From Actinomycetes bacterium (GTDB taxonomy: Bacteria > Actinomycetota > Acidimicrobiia > Acidimicrobiales > RAAP-2), in contig JAKBNI010000001.1 of the NCBI GenBank assembly GCA_021831125.1, forward strand, positions 13,659-77,658: 64,000 nucleotides of DNA. Direction: 5' to 3'. Positions 28,415-40,299 of this stretch are shown here, one piece after another. Both the position numbers and the translations under genes were made by a program. Numbering within the stretch: the stretch's first letter is position 1; the number at the start of each line of letters is the position of its first letter. The notes below the pieces were generated by a model. The model saw only the letters and a list, made by a program, of their open reading frames with translations, did no database searches and was not told the origin of the DNA.

Positions 28415-29425
28415 GTGCGTCGCGCCGTGAGCCCCTTCGCCCTCGCCCTCGCGCTCGTGGGGATTCTCACCCAACCCGCCGCGGCCTCGGGCACGACCAC
28501 CACCACCACGTCGCAGCCCACGACTACGACGACGACCCGTCACGTCTACCTCGACCCGCTGACCGGACTGCCCGACCCCCGCCGCCTCACCGAGCACCGC
28601 TCCGCGCTCACCATCAAGATCGACAACACCCCCCAGGCCATGCCCCAGTACGGGGTGCAAGAGGCCGACGTCGTCTACGAGGAGATCGTCGAGGGCGGCA
28701 TCACCCGACTGGCCGCGATCTTCGACTCCCAGCTGCCGACCGTCGTGGGCCCGGTGCGCTCGGTGCGCCGCACCGACCGGGAGATCGTCTTCCCGATCGG
28801 TGGGGTCTTCGCCTTCAGCGGGGGGGCCGAGTACGCGCTGCGCAGCATCGCGACGGCCCCGGTCAAGCTCTACGACGAGTCGAACAGCGGATCCGCGATG
28901 TTCCGTGACCCCAACCGACCCGTCCCGCACAACCTCTTCGCGAACGCCCAACTGCTCATGAAGAAGGACGGGGTGCCCCGACCGACCCGGCCGCTCTTTA
29001 GCTACCTCGCGCCGGGCCAGTTCGCGCACGGACCCAAGGTGCGCTCGTTCACCGTCGGGTTCGAGGCCGGCTACGCCGTGACCTACACCTGGAACTCGAG
29101 CACGCGACGCTGGGACCGCTGGCTGTTCGGCGCGCTGGAGAAGTCGGCCAACGGTGTCCAGCTCGCTCCGAAGAACGTGATCGTGATGTCGGTCAACTAC
29201 GTCGGGGGCGTGGGCGTCATCGACTCCTACGCGCAGATGGTCGGCTCCGGCCCGGCCGAGGTCTTCACCGGCGGCGTCGTCCAGCACGGCCACTGGTCTC
29301 GCTCCAACCTCTATCACCGCACGGTCTTCACCAACGACCAGGGCAGGGTCATCGAGCTCGCCCCGGGCCAGACGTGGGTGGAGCTGCTCTCGAACACCGA
29401 GCGCGTGACGATCGTCCCGGGTTGA
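28415..29425 (+). CDS. DUF3048 (YerB-like) secreted protein
   Basis: PLTGL, KIDN..PQ.G...ADVVYEE.VEGGITR, GPVRSVR, PHNLF, LAPGQTWVE. Confidence 0.9.
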   Translation: MRRAVSPFALALALVGILTQPAAASGTTTTTTSQPTTTTTTRHVYLDPLTGLPDPRRLTEHRSALTIKIDNTPQAMPQYGVQEADVVYEEIVEGGITRLAAIFDSQLPTVVGPVRSVRRTDREIVFPIGGVFAFSGGAEYALRSIATAPVKLYDESNSGSAMFRDPNRPVPHNLFANAQLLMKKDGVPRPTRPLFSYLAPGQFAHGPKVRSFTVGFEAGYAVTYTWNSSTRRWDRWLFGALEKSANGVQLAPKNVIVMSVNYVGGVGVIDSYAQMVGSGPAEVFTGGVVQHGHWSRSNLYHRTVFTNDQGRVIELAPGQTWVELLSNTERVTIVPG

Positions 29426-29875
29426 CTAGAGGTCGGCGCAGCCGACCGAGCCGTCGAGGGACTGGTGTGCGCGGGGACCGCGGGCCGGTGTCACGGCCAC
29501 GGTCGTCCCCGTCCACGCCAGGGTGAAGGTCGGGCTCCCCGTGGGCCAGCGCTGGCCGGCCAGGGGACCGCCCGCGCCCGTGGCCCAGGCCGTGCCCGCG
29601 GGCGGGGGCGCTCCGTGGAGGGTCTCGTAGGCGGCGACGGCCGACTCGATCGCGGCGACGTCGGCCACGCACGCGGCCCGTTCGGCCGCGGGCGGAGCGC
29701 TCGCCAGAGCCGGCTCCGACGACGGCGTGCCGGCACGGCTCGGCGGGGAGGCGCCCCGGTGGCCCGGGCCCCCGCCGACGGTCTGGGAGAGGACGATCGC
29801 GCCGAGGACGAGCACGATCACGACGCCGGCCAGCGCGGAGACGACCGACGCCCCGGTCTCGGCGCCACCCCTCAC
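29426..29875 (-). CDS. pilin/pseudopilin-like membrane-anchored protein
   Basis: G|ASVVSAL followed by a hydrophobic helix; ACVADVAAIESAVAAY...G..P helix; C-terminal Cys. Confidence 0.5.
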   Translation of the reverse strand: MRGGAETGASVVSALAGVVIVLVLGAIVLSQTVGGGPGHRGASPPSRAGTPSSEPALASAPPAAERAACVADVAAIESAVAAYETLHGAPPPAGTAWATGAGGPLAGQRWPTGSPTFTLAWTGTTVAVTPARGPRAHQSLDGSVGCADL

Positions 29876-30165
29876 GAGCGCCTCGCGCCGAGGCGGATCG
29901 TGATGCCCTCGACTCCATCGACGAGGCGGCGGCCCCTCCAGGGGTCGCTCGCCAGCGCGTCGAGGAGGTCGTCGGGACTCTCCGCCGGGCACACGAGCAC
30001 CTCCCGCTGACCGTCGCCGTCGGGCCCACCGATGACGACGACACCCCCTGTGACCAGGGAATCCATGAGCCGCGCGTGCTCGTGCCAACCGGACGGGGCC
30101 TCCATCGGGCGCCTCGGGTCCCAGGACGGGCAGCTTGGGTGGCGCGTGAGCAAGAGGGCCGGCAC
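29872..30165 (-). CDS. YCII-related small protein
   Basis: WHEHARLMDSL...GGP...DPW pattern. Confidence 0.65.
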   Translation of the reverse strand: MPALLLTRHPSCPSWDPRRPMEAPSGWHEHARLMDSLVTGGVVVIGGPDGDGQREVLVCPAESPDDLLDALASDPWRGRRLVDGVEGITIRLGARRS

Positions 30166-30189
30166 GCCCTCCGGCCTAGCACCACCGGC

Positions 30190-30717
30190 TCACGGCGCGC
30201 CCGCGAAGGGGAAGGACCGGTCCCTCACGTAGGCCACGGCGGGCCCCGCGCGCGTGAGGAGCTCCAGCGCCTCGACCACGAACGGTTGGTGCACGAACGA
30301 GGGGATCGACTCCCGGTCGAGCGTCGCCAGCGGGTGGCCGTGGTGAGCCACGGCGATGGTGAGGTGCGCCACGAACGGCGCCACGCGTGGCGCGAGCTCG
30401 AGGGCTCCCTCGAGCGCGTCGCGCAGCCGGTAGACGCCGTCTCCCTCGACCACGAGAAAGCGGACGCGATCGTCGAACGACGACGTCTCGCCCAGGCGAA
30501 TGGGGAACGGCGCGGTCGCGGCGGCGACCCCGCGAACCGCGTCGAGCCAGGCGCCGCCGGGGGGAACCTCGGGTGGGGCGACGAGGGTGACGTGAGGCGC
30601 GGGGTCACGGGTACCGACCTGGGTCATGAGCTCTGCCAGCGCGTTACGGACGCGCGGGGGCGGCACGAGGGCGAGGTAGCTCGACGTCCGGAGTCTGGCG
30701 GGGTCGCGCGGGACCAC
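30190..30717 (-). CDS. 2H phosphoesterase (2'-5' RNA ligase family)
   Basis: Two HxT motifs, PHVTL and AHLTI. Confidence 0.88.
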   Translation of the reverse strand: MVPRDPARLRTSSYLALVPPPRVRNALAELMTQVGTRDPAPHVTLVAPPEVPPGGAWLDAVRGVAAATAPFPIRLGETSSFDDRVRFLVVEGDGVYRLRDALEGALELAPRVAPFVAHLTIAVAHHGHPLATLDRESIPSFVHQPFVVEALELLTRAGPAVAYVRDRSFPFAGAP

Positions 30718-30773
30718 GGCGCGAGCCTAGGGTCGGGCGGACGGCCTCTCGCGAGAGCCGGTGGGGAGGGGGA

Positions 30774-32309
30774 GTGCGCGCAGGCTCGGCCCGGACACTC
30801 GTGGCGACGGCGACGCTCCTGCTCGTGGCGGGTCTCGCGACGCCGTCGGGTGCGACCCCGGGGGTGACGGGCGGGGCGTGGCCCGCCGCCAACGGGAACC
30901 TCCTCAACACGCGCGTCGCCGTCGACTCACCGATCACCGCGGCGACGGTGGACGGGCTGCGCGTCGCGTGGACGTACCGGCTGCCCGGGCGCGCACGCCA
31001 CGGGCTCGAGCACACCGGGTCGCTGGTCGCCAACCCGATCGTCGTCGACGGGGTCGTCTACGTCCAGGACATCTACTCGAACGTCTACGCGCTGGGGCTC
31101 GCGAACGGCCGACTGCTCTGGGAGCACCGCTTCAACGAGAAGCTCCTCAGCGGACCCGGCCCCAACGGCGTCGCGGTCTCGGCCGGCCGGGTGTACGGAC
31201 TCACGCCCCGCACCGCCTTCGCGCTCTCGGCGAGGACGGGGCGGGTCGTCTGGATGGACCGACACCTGCTCACCACGGGCGAGGGGACCTTCGGGATGCA
31301 GCCCGCCGTCGCCGACGGCCGCCTCTACGTGGCGAGCCAGTACGGCCTGAGCCGGGGCGGGGGCGTCCTCATGGCCCTGCGCGCATCGGACGGGGCGATG
31401 CTGTGGCGCTTCCACACCACGATCCGCGAGTCCCCGGGGGTGCGGGCGGCGCGCGCGGGTTCGGGGGGAGCCTGGGAGACCCCGCTCGTCAACCCTGACG
31501 GCACGGTGACCTACGGGATCGGCAACCCCTACCAGTCGATCGGGTCGGCCTACGCCCATCCGGCCCGCCAGCTCTACACCGACAGCGCCGTGACCCTCGA
31601 GGCGGCCACGGGCCACCTCGTCTGGTACTACCAGGCCGTTCCCAACGACTTCAAGGACTACGACCTGCAGACCTCGCCCGTGCTCGCCCGCTCCCGGGGA
31701 CGCGAGGTGGTGATCGCCAGCGGCAAGATGGGCGTCGTCTACGCCTTGGGTGCCCGCACCGGTCACCTGTACTGGAAGACGCCGGTGGGCCAGCACAACG
31801 GCCACCTCGGCGACTCCGAGAACGCCCTCAAGCACCGCCCGATGCCCGCACTGCCGTACTCGTACCTCCCGGGTTCGCTGGGTGGGGTTCTCGCGAACCT
31901 CGCCGTCGCCGGCGAGACCGTGTACGTCGAGACCTTGAACCTGGCGCTCAGCTTCACCTCGACGGCCCAGGCGGTCGGGGTGGCGACGGCCGCCACGCAC
32001 GAGGGCGGGGACATCGAGGCCCTCGACCTCGCCACCGGGAAGGTCGAGTGGAAGGTCGCGGTGAAGAGCCTGCCCCTCGGGGCCATGACCGTCGTGAACG
32101 ACCTCGTGCTCACCACACTCTACGACGGGCGGCTGCTCGCCCTCTCGCGCGCGACCGGGCGCGTCGTCCTCGACCGGTCGCTCCCGACCTCCACCAACGC
32201 GCCGCTCGCCGTGGCCGGACCGTACGTCGTGGTCGCGGACGGGGGACCGGCCACGGGCCATCGCTCGAGTGAGGGCCGTCCCCAGGTGGTCGCGTTGCGC
32301 GTGGGCTGA
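30774..32309 (+). CDS. secreted PQQ-binding beta-propeller protein (quinoprotein dehydrogenase-like)
   Basis: Trp-docking repeats (AxxGxxxW), GGAWETP, GIGNP, YTDS, WYYQAVPNDFKDYD; start approximate. Confidence 0.85.
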   Translation: MRAGSARTLVATATLLLVAGLATPSGATPGVTGGAWPAANGNLLNTRVAVDSPITAATVDGLRVAWTYRLPGRARHGLEHTGSLVANPIVVDGVVYVQDIYSNVYALGLANGRLLWEHRFNEKLLSGPGPNGVAVSAGRVYGLTPRTAFALSARTGRVVWMDRHLLTTGEGTFGMQPAVADGRLYVASQYGLSRGGGVLMALRASDGAMLWRFHTTIRESPGVRAARAGSGGAWETPLVNPDGTVTYGIGNPYQSIGSAYAHPARQLYTDSAVTLEAATGHLVWYYQAVPNDFKDYDLQTSPVLARSRGREVVIASGKMGVVYALGARTGHLYWKTPVGQHNGHLGDSENALKHRPMPALPYSYLPGSLGGVLANLAVAGETVYVETLNLALSFTSTAQAVGVATAATHEGGDIEALDLATGKVEWKVAVKSLPLGAMTVVNDLVLTTLYDGRLLALSRATGRVVLDRSLPTSTNAPLAVAGPYVVVADGGPATGHRSSEGRPQVVALRVG

Positions 32310-32310
32310 C

Positions 32311-32847
32311 CTACTGGCAGGAGAAGGTGAAGTCCCGCGACGTGACGTGTCGCGCCGCCCCGACGGTCACGGCGACCTCGACCGACGCCGTGGCGCTGCC
32401 CCCGGGGGGCACGGGTGCGGAGGTCTCCAGGATCGGCTGGGACGGCGAGGAGCCGGAACCACCCGGCACGCTCACGCTCACCTGGCAGACGCCCAGGGCG
32501 CTGCGCCCACCCACGTTCGTGACCCGCGCGTGCACGCTGACCAGGTCGTTGCTGAGGGCCGTCACGCCGGTGACGCGCACCTCGAGACGAGGCCCGCCGA
32601 TGAACGCCTCACTGACCACCACCCACGCGACGAGGGCGAGGACGATCACCCCCGCCACGACGAGGGCGCGACGGCGGTTGCGCCGCCGGAGGGTGGAGAC
32701 CGGTTCGCTGTCGGGTGCGACGACCTCCGCGCGCGCGCGCTCGGGGTGTGAGAGCAGCTCGGACTTGGCCGCCTGGAACTCCTCGTCGGTGAGCTCGCCG
32801 GCGTCGCGGCGGGCGATCAGTCGGGCGAGCTCGTCGGCGACGCCCAC
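32311..32847 (-). CDS. SHOCT-domain membrane protein
   Basis: ADELARL..RRDAGELTDEEFQAAKSELL, then one TM helix and an extracellular beta domain with two Cys. Confidence 0.85.
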   Translation of the reverse strand: MGVADELARLIARRDAGELTDEEFQAAKSELLSHPERARAEVVAPDSEPVSTLRRRNRRRALVVAGVIVLALVAWVVVSEAFIGGPRLEVRVTGVTALSNDLVSVHARVTNVGGRSALGVCQVSVSVPGGSGSSPSQPILETSAPVPPGGSATASVEVAVTVGAARHVTSRDFTFSCQ

Positions 32848-32853
32848 GGCGCG

Positions 32854-33291
32854 TCAGCCCGCGCGGACCAGCTCGACCACCGGGATGACCCGAGACGTCT
32901 GGCGCTGGTACTCGGCGAACTGCGGGAAGGCCTCGCTCTGGAGACCGTAGACGCGCGCGCGCTCGGGCTCGTCGAGCACGACCGCCCGCGCCGGGTACGT
33001 CTCGCCCCCGCGCTCGACGGTGACCGCGGGGTCGGCGACGAGGTTGCGGTACCAGTCGGGGTGCTCGGGGTGTCCGGCCCGCGACGCGAAGACGAAGACG
33101 CGCCCGTCGAGATCGAGGTACATCATCGGGTTCTCGTAGGGCCGTCCCGAGCGCCGCCCGCGCGTGTGCAGCACGAGCAGGGGGGCGTCGGCGAAGGGGC
33201 CCTCGCGCAGCACGCCGCCGCTGGCGCGCAGCGCCTCGATGACCTGACGGTTGAAGTCGTGGGGCTCGGGTCGGGTCGTGGTGTCGCTCAT
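32854..33291 (-). CDS. deazaflavin (F420)-dependent nitroreductase family (Ddn-like)
   Basis: LLVLHTRGRRSG, FASRAG..EHPDWYRNL, YQRQTSRVIPVV. Confidence 0.93.
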   Translation of the reverse strand: MSDTTTRPEPHDFNRQVIEALRASGGVLREGPFADAPLLVLHTRGRRSGRPYENPMMYLDLDGRVFVFASRAGHPEHPDWYRNLVADPAVTVERGGETYPARAVVLDEPERARVYGLQSEAFPQFAEYQRQTSRVIPVVELVRAG

Positions 33292-33328
33292 GGCTCTGGC
33301 CTCAGACTACCGACGGGCGCGGCGCGCG

Positions 33329-34966
33329 TCAGGAACCCGCGGGGGCGACGGTGGCCAGGTTGTTGTGCGACGGCTCGTAGCGCCCGGCGGGGCCCCGACC
33401 GACCAGGCGCAGGATGTTGTTGGTCATCGTCGTCATGAGCGGGGTCGGACAGCCCGGGTCGCTGCGCGGGCAGGGCCTCAGGTCGCCGATCCAGACGTTG
33501 TTGCCGGTGTCGACCACGCCGGCGAGGCTGTGGGGGTCGGTGAAGTAGACGAAGTCCGCGTAGGTGTAGCCGGCCCAGGTCGTCGAGCTGAACGTCCCGG
33601 TCGAGGTCGGGATGGGCGAGTGCGAGAGCACCTGGAGGTTCACGGGGTTGGCCGAGGAGGGGATGACCCGGTCGATGTCCGAGGCGATGACCCCGGGGAT
33701 CGTCGAGCCGTTGTGCAGCCCGGTCCCCCGGTAGAGCCAGGAGCCCGCGTCGGTCACGACCATCGGCGCGCTCGCCCCCGGGTTGAGGTAGCCGACGTAC
33801 TCCTCGCCGATCTGGGGCACCGGCGACCAGCTGGCCGGCGGGTCCTCCCAGGTGTTGCCGGTCACCTGCTCGGGCGGGCCGTGGCCGAAGAGGGGATCCT
33901 CGGCGCCGTTGCGGTAGTCGACCTCCTGGCGGTCCGGGCCGAGGGACGAGGGCTCGAGGCGAGCGTGGCGCACCATCGCCGCGGCGCCGAAGTAGACGAC
34001 GTTGACCCCGCGGGCGGTGGCGCGCAGCACGGCCATGCGCTCTTGGTAGGTCCAGGTCTCGTCGTGGTCGAGAGTCAGCAGCGCCTTGTGGGCGAGCAGG
34101 AGGGTGGGGTGCTCGTCGAGGGTGATGTCGGTGATGTAGGTGACGTCGAGCCCCTCCTTCTCGGCCAGGCGCACGAGCGGGTACTCGTTGGTGAGGAAGT
34201 CCGACGAGCCGGCCCCGGTGTCGTAGGGGCGGTCGAAGGAGACCACGCGGGCCCGGTTGCACGGGGGGTAGGTGCTGGTGTCGAGGATGCACGGTCCGAC
34301 GCCGGCGTAGTAGGAGTAGCCGCCGTAGGTGTTCCAGCCCTGCTCGACGAGTGCGCGGTTCATGATGACGTAGGTCGCGTGGCTGTGGGGGTCCCAGATC
34401 GTGAGCGGGACGTAGCTCGCGGCGCGCGGCCCGGCCACGAGCTTCAAGAGGTAGTCGCCGGGCACGAAGGCTGAGGTGACGGAGATGGTCAACGACGGGC
34501 TCCAGTTGGCGCAGCTGACCATGTTGGTCGAGGGATCGACCTGGCAGGCCGGCTGGCGCTGTCCGACGAGCCGGCCCGAGCTCCACACCTCGCGCGCGCC
34601 GAAGCCCTGGTAGTAGCCCATTCGGTAGGCGACCACCCGGTACGCGGGGAGGTAGGTCGACACCCGCAGCGTGACGCGCTGGCCGACGGCCGCGTAGGTG
34701 GTGTCGGCGAAGCCCTGGATGGCGGTGACCGATGTGTCGGGCCCGATGCGCCACGAGGACGTGCCGCGACGCTTGTTCTCGGCGACGATGGCCGAAGAGA
34801 CCACGCCGTCGGGGCCGAGGTAGGTGCGGGCCACGCCCGTCGTCGTGGTCGAGCCCGTCGACGGCGACGTGGTCGTGGTGGTCGAACTCGCCGACACCGC
34901 CGACAGGGGCGTGAGGCTCAGCGAGAGGGCCGCGAGACCCACGGCGAGTATGCGGCGGCTCTTCAC
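33329..34966 (-). CDS. secreted N,N-dimethylformamidase beta-subunit-like protein
   Basis: ENKRRGT..W, YRMGYY.G.GAR, WNTYGGYS.Y, VSFDRPY, EYPLV...E..GLDV.Y, HDETW; signal peptide and Thr linker. Confidence 0.8.
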   Translation of the reverse strand: MKSRRILAVGLAALSLSLTPLSAVSASSTTTTTSPSTGSTTTTGVARTYLGPDGVVSSAIVAENKRRGTSSWRIGPDTSVTAIQGFADTTYAAVGQRVTLRVSTYLPAYRVVAYRMGYYQGFGAREVWSSGRLVGQRQPACQVDPSTNMVSCANWSPSLTISVTSAFVPGDYLLKLVAGPRAASYVPLTIWDPHSHATYVIMNRALVEQGWNTYGGYSYYAGVGPCILDTSTYPPCNRARVVSFDRPYDTGAGSSDFLTNEYPLVRLAEKEGLDVTYITDITLDEHPTLLLAHKALLTLDHDETWTYQERMAVLRATARGVNVVYFGAAAMVRHARLEPSSLGPDRQEVDYRNGAEDPLFGHGPPEQVTGNTWEDPPASWSPVPQIGEEYVGYLNPGASAPMVVTDAGSWLYRGTGLHNGSTIPGVIASDIDRVIPSSANPVNLQVLSHSPIPTSTGTFSSTTWAGYTYADFVYFTDPHSLAGVVDTGNNVWIGDLRPCPRSDPGCPTPLMTTMTNNILRLVGRGPAGRYEPSHNNLATVAPAGS

Positions 34967-35076
34967 GGTCTCCTCCGGCGTCGTGCCCGTCGGCAGAGTG
35001 TAGGAGGCGCCCACGGGGTGCGCCGGTCAAGGGGCCTCGCTAGAGTCACCGTGACGCTCTCGACAAGGAGGCAGCG

Positions 35077-35604
35077 ATGTCCCGTAACCCCTACGCCGAG
35101 CTCCCGGCCGTCCCCTCCTTCGTGGTCACCTCGGAGGACATCGACGAGGGAGCCGAGCTTCCCCGGGCTCAGGTGAGCGGTCTGATGGGCGCGGGCGGCA
35201 CCGACACCTCCCCCCAGCTCTCGTGGCGGGGCTTCCCCAAAGAGACCGAGAGCTTCGCGCTCACCTGCTACGACCCCGACGCGCCCACCGCGTCCGGCTT
35301 CTGGCACTGGGCCGTCTACGACCTGGCCAAGGGGGTGACCTCCCTGCCGGCCGGGGCCGGTGACGGCCACGGGAACCTGCCCGAGGGGGCGATCACGCTG
35401 GCCAACGACGCCGGACTGCACCGCTACATCGGGGCGGCCCCGCCGGCGGGCCACGGACCCCACCACTACTACTTCGTCGTCCACGCCCTCGACGTGTCCG
35501 CCCTCGACCTGCCCGACGGGGCCACCCCGGCCTACCTGGGGTTCAACCTGTTCACGCACACCCTCGCCCGAGGGATGATCGTCGCCACCTACGAGCAGCG
35601 CTAG
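35077..35604 (+). CDS. YbhB/YbcL (PEBP, Raf kinase inhibitor-like) protein
   Basis: SPQLSW, DPDAP..GFWHW, GAAPP..HG.HHY. Confidence 0.95.
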   Translation: MSRNPYAELPAVPSFVVTSEDIDEGAELPRAQVSGLMGAGGTDTSPQLSWRGFPKETESFALTCYDPDAPTASGFWHWAVYDLAKGVTSLPAGAGDGHGNLPEGAITLANDAGLHRYIGAAPPAGHGPHHYYFVVHALDVSALDLPDGATPAYLGFNLFTHTLARGMIVATYEQR

Positions 35605-35623
35605 CGCCGCGACGCGACGACCG

Positions 35624-36463
35624 TTGTCCGCGGATCCCGTCTCGAGTCCGATCGTGCCCGACCTGCTCTTCACCGCCTTCTCCAACCGCACCGACGCCCT
35701 CGAGCTCGCCGCGGCCGTGGGGGCCGAGCTCGCCGCCGCCGGGATCGATTCGTCGCTGCACCTGCTCGACGCCGCCGTGGAGCCCGCGGTCGGGCCCGAC
35801 GCCGTGGTCGTGAGCCTCGGCGGCGACGGGACCTTCCTGCGGGCGGCTCGCCTGGCCCATCGGGCCGGCGCACGAGTCGTGGCGGTGAACCTCGGCCAGG
35901 TCGGCTTCTTGCTGGACGTGCCCTCGACCGAAGTGGCTTCCACCGTGGCGGGCGCGCTCGAAGGCGCCCCGGTCGTGGAGCGCCTGGCGCTACGGATCGA
36001 CGTCGAAGGCCTCGTCGAGGACGAGTTCGCCCTCAACGAGGTCGTGCTCGAGCGACCCGCGGCCGGGCACATGGTCAAGGTGCGCACCTACGTCGACGAC
36101 GAGGAGTACCTGACCTACACCGCCGACGGCGCCATGGTGTCGACGCCGACCGGCAGCACGGGCTACAGCCTGTCCGCCGGGGGACCGGTCGTCGACCCGT
36201 CGATGGGGCTGCTCGTGATCACCCCCGTCGCCCCGCACTTCACGATCGACCGTTCCATCATCGTCCCCGCCGAGGCCGTCGTGCGCCTCGAGGCGCTCGA
36301 CAAGCCGGCCGTCGTCGTGGCCGACGGACAGCGTGTCGCGACGCTCGAGCCCGGCGGCTCGGTCGTCGTGCGGCGCAACGCGAGACCCGTGCGGGTCGTG
36401 GCCACGCGCAACTTCGGCCTGGCCTCACGGCTGCGGCGGAGCCTGCGCGAGGGCCATGCCTAG
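35624..36463 (+). CDS. nadK: NAD kinase
   Basis: GGDGTFL, VNLGQVGFL, ALNE, DG..VSTPTGSTGYSLSAGGP. Confidence 0.95.
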   Translation: MSADPVSSPIVPDLLFTAFSNRTDALELAAAVGAELAAAGIDSSLHLLDAAVEPAVGPDAVVVSLGGDGTFLRAARLAHRAGARVVAVNLGQVGFLLDVPSTEVASTVAGALEGAPVVERLALRIDVEGLVEDEFALNEVVLERPAAGHMVKVRTYVDDEEYLTYTADGAMVSTPTGSTGYSLSAGGPVVDPSMGLLVITPVAPHFTIDRSIIVPAEAVVRLEALDKPAVVVADGQRVATLEPGGSVVVRRNARPVRVVATRNFGLASRLRRSLREGHA

Positions 36464-38036
36464 GGCGCGGCTCCTCGAGATCCACGCCCGCGACCTCGGG
36501 GTGATCGACGAGGCCACGCTCGAGCTCGCGCCCGGCTTCACGGTCGTCACCGGCGAGACCGGGGCGGGCAAGACGCTCCTCGTCGGTGCCCTCGCGCTCA
36601 GCCTGGGCCTCGAGGCCGACGGCGCGCGCTACGCCCTCGGGCCGGCCTCCCGGGCGGTCGCGCTGTTCGAGGTCGACGGGCGCGAGCTGGCGCTCGCGCG
36701 CGAAGTGAGCGGGTCGGGTCGACTGCGCGCCTCCGTCGACGGGGCGCCGGCGAGCGCCGAGGCTCTGCGCGCCCTCGCCCGTGAGCTCGTCGAGATCCAC
36801 GGCCAGCACGACTCCCTGGCGCTGCGCACCAGCGAGGCCGTGCTCGGACTGATCGACCGGGCGGGCGCGATCGACACCGGTGAGCTCGCCGGCGCGCGCG
36901 AGGGTCTGGCCCACCTGCGCCGCGAGCGCGACGCACTCGGCGGCGACCCCGGCGAGCGCGCGCGTCGACTGGAGTACGTCGAGTTCCAGCTGGCCGAGTT
37001 CGACGCGGTTACCCCGAAGGGGCCCCACGAGCTCGACGAGGTGCTCGATGAGCTCACCCGCCTGAGCGAGTTGCGCGACGGCCAGGGCGCCCTGGGCGAG
37101 GCCCTCGCCCTCTTCGACGGCGACGGCGACGACGCCGTCCTGACGGCCTTCGCGCGCGCGCTCGGCCGGCTACCCGACGGCGCGGCGTACCGGCCGGTGC
37201 GCGCGGCGCTCGACGGCGCGCTCGTCGCCGCGCGCGAGGCGGTGCGTGACCTCGCCGCCCTCCACGACCCCGAGGCGGTCGACGAGGGGCGTCTCGCGGC
37301 CCTTGAGGAGCGGGCCCGGATCCTCAACGTGCTCACGCGCAAGCACGCGGGCACCCTCGGCGACGCCCTCGCGCTGCGCGAGGGGCTCCGAGCCGAGCGC
37401 GACGCGCTGGCCACGGCGGGGGCCCGGCTCGTCGAGCTCGACGGCGCGATCGCCACCGCCGAGGCGACGGTGGCTGCGCGAGCGGCGGAGGTACGCGCAC
37501 GGCGCGAGGCGGCGGCCGAGGCCCTCAGCGTCGCGGTCGACGCGCAGATGGGTCGCGTGGCCCTCGCGGGGGCGCGGATCCGCTTCCGCGTCGACGGCGA
37601 CGACGGGTCCCGGGCGTCGGTCCTCTTCAGCGCCAACGAGGGTCGGCCCCTCGGGCCCCTCGACGCGCTGGCGAGCGGTGGTGAGCTGAGCCGCGTGCTG
37701 CTCGCGATCTCGCTCGAGGCGACCGACGGGTCCGCGGTGGCGGTCTTCGACGAGATCGACGCGGGGCTGGGTGGCCTCGTGGCCCAGCAGATCGGCGAGT
37801 GCCTGGCCGAGCTGGCCTCGCGCCAACAGGTCCTCGCGGTCACCCACCTCGCGAGTGTCGCCGCGCGCGCCGATCGCCACTTCGTCATCGACAAGCGCGT
37901 GGAGGCGGGGCGCGCCACGACCTCGGTGCGCGAGGTGGCGGGCGAGGAGCGCGTCGGCGAGATCGCCCGGATGCTGGCGGGGGAGGCCGAGGGCGAGGAG
38001 TCCCGGGCCCTGGCGCGCCGCCTGCTCGGTTTCTGA
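36456..38036 (+). CDS. recN: DNA repair protein RecN
   Basis: TGETGAGKT, HGQHD, ASGGELSR, FDEIDAG, VTHL; follows nadK. Confidence 0.95.
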   Translation: MPRARLLEIHARDLGVIDEATLELAPGFTVVTGETGAGKTLLVGALALSLGLEADGARYALGPASRAVALFEVDGRELALAREVSGSGRLRASVDGAPASAEALRALARELVEIHGQHDSLALRTSEAVLGLIDRAGAIDTGELAGAREGLAHLRRERDALGGDPGERARRLEYVEFQLAEFDAVTPKGPHELDEVLDELTRLSELRDGQGALGEALALFDGDGDDAVLTAFARALGRLPDGAAYRPVRAALDGALVAAREAVRDLAALHDPEAVDEGRLAALEERARILNVLTRKHAGTLGDALALREGLRAERDALATAGARLVELDGAIATAEATVAARAAEVRARREAAAEALSVAVDAQMGRVALAGARIRFRVDGDDGSRASVLFSANEGRPLGPLDALASGGELSRVLLAISLEATDGSAVAVFDEIDAGLGGLVAQQIGECLAELASRQQVLAVTHLASVAARADRHFVIDKRVEAGRATTSVREVAGEERVGEIARMLAGEAEGEESRALARRLLGF

Positions 38037-38053
38037 GGTGCGTCGAGCCGTGA

Positions 38054-40288
<2,235 letters not shown>

Positions 40289-40299
<11 letters not shown>

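Noticed and set aside
13618-35604. Prophage/ICE/IS element spanning the accessory region
   Set aside because: No integrase, transposase, phage or conjugation genes; beyond ~15.6 kb the composition is host-like and I noticed no distal att copy
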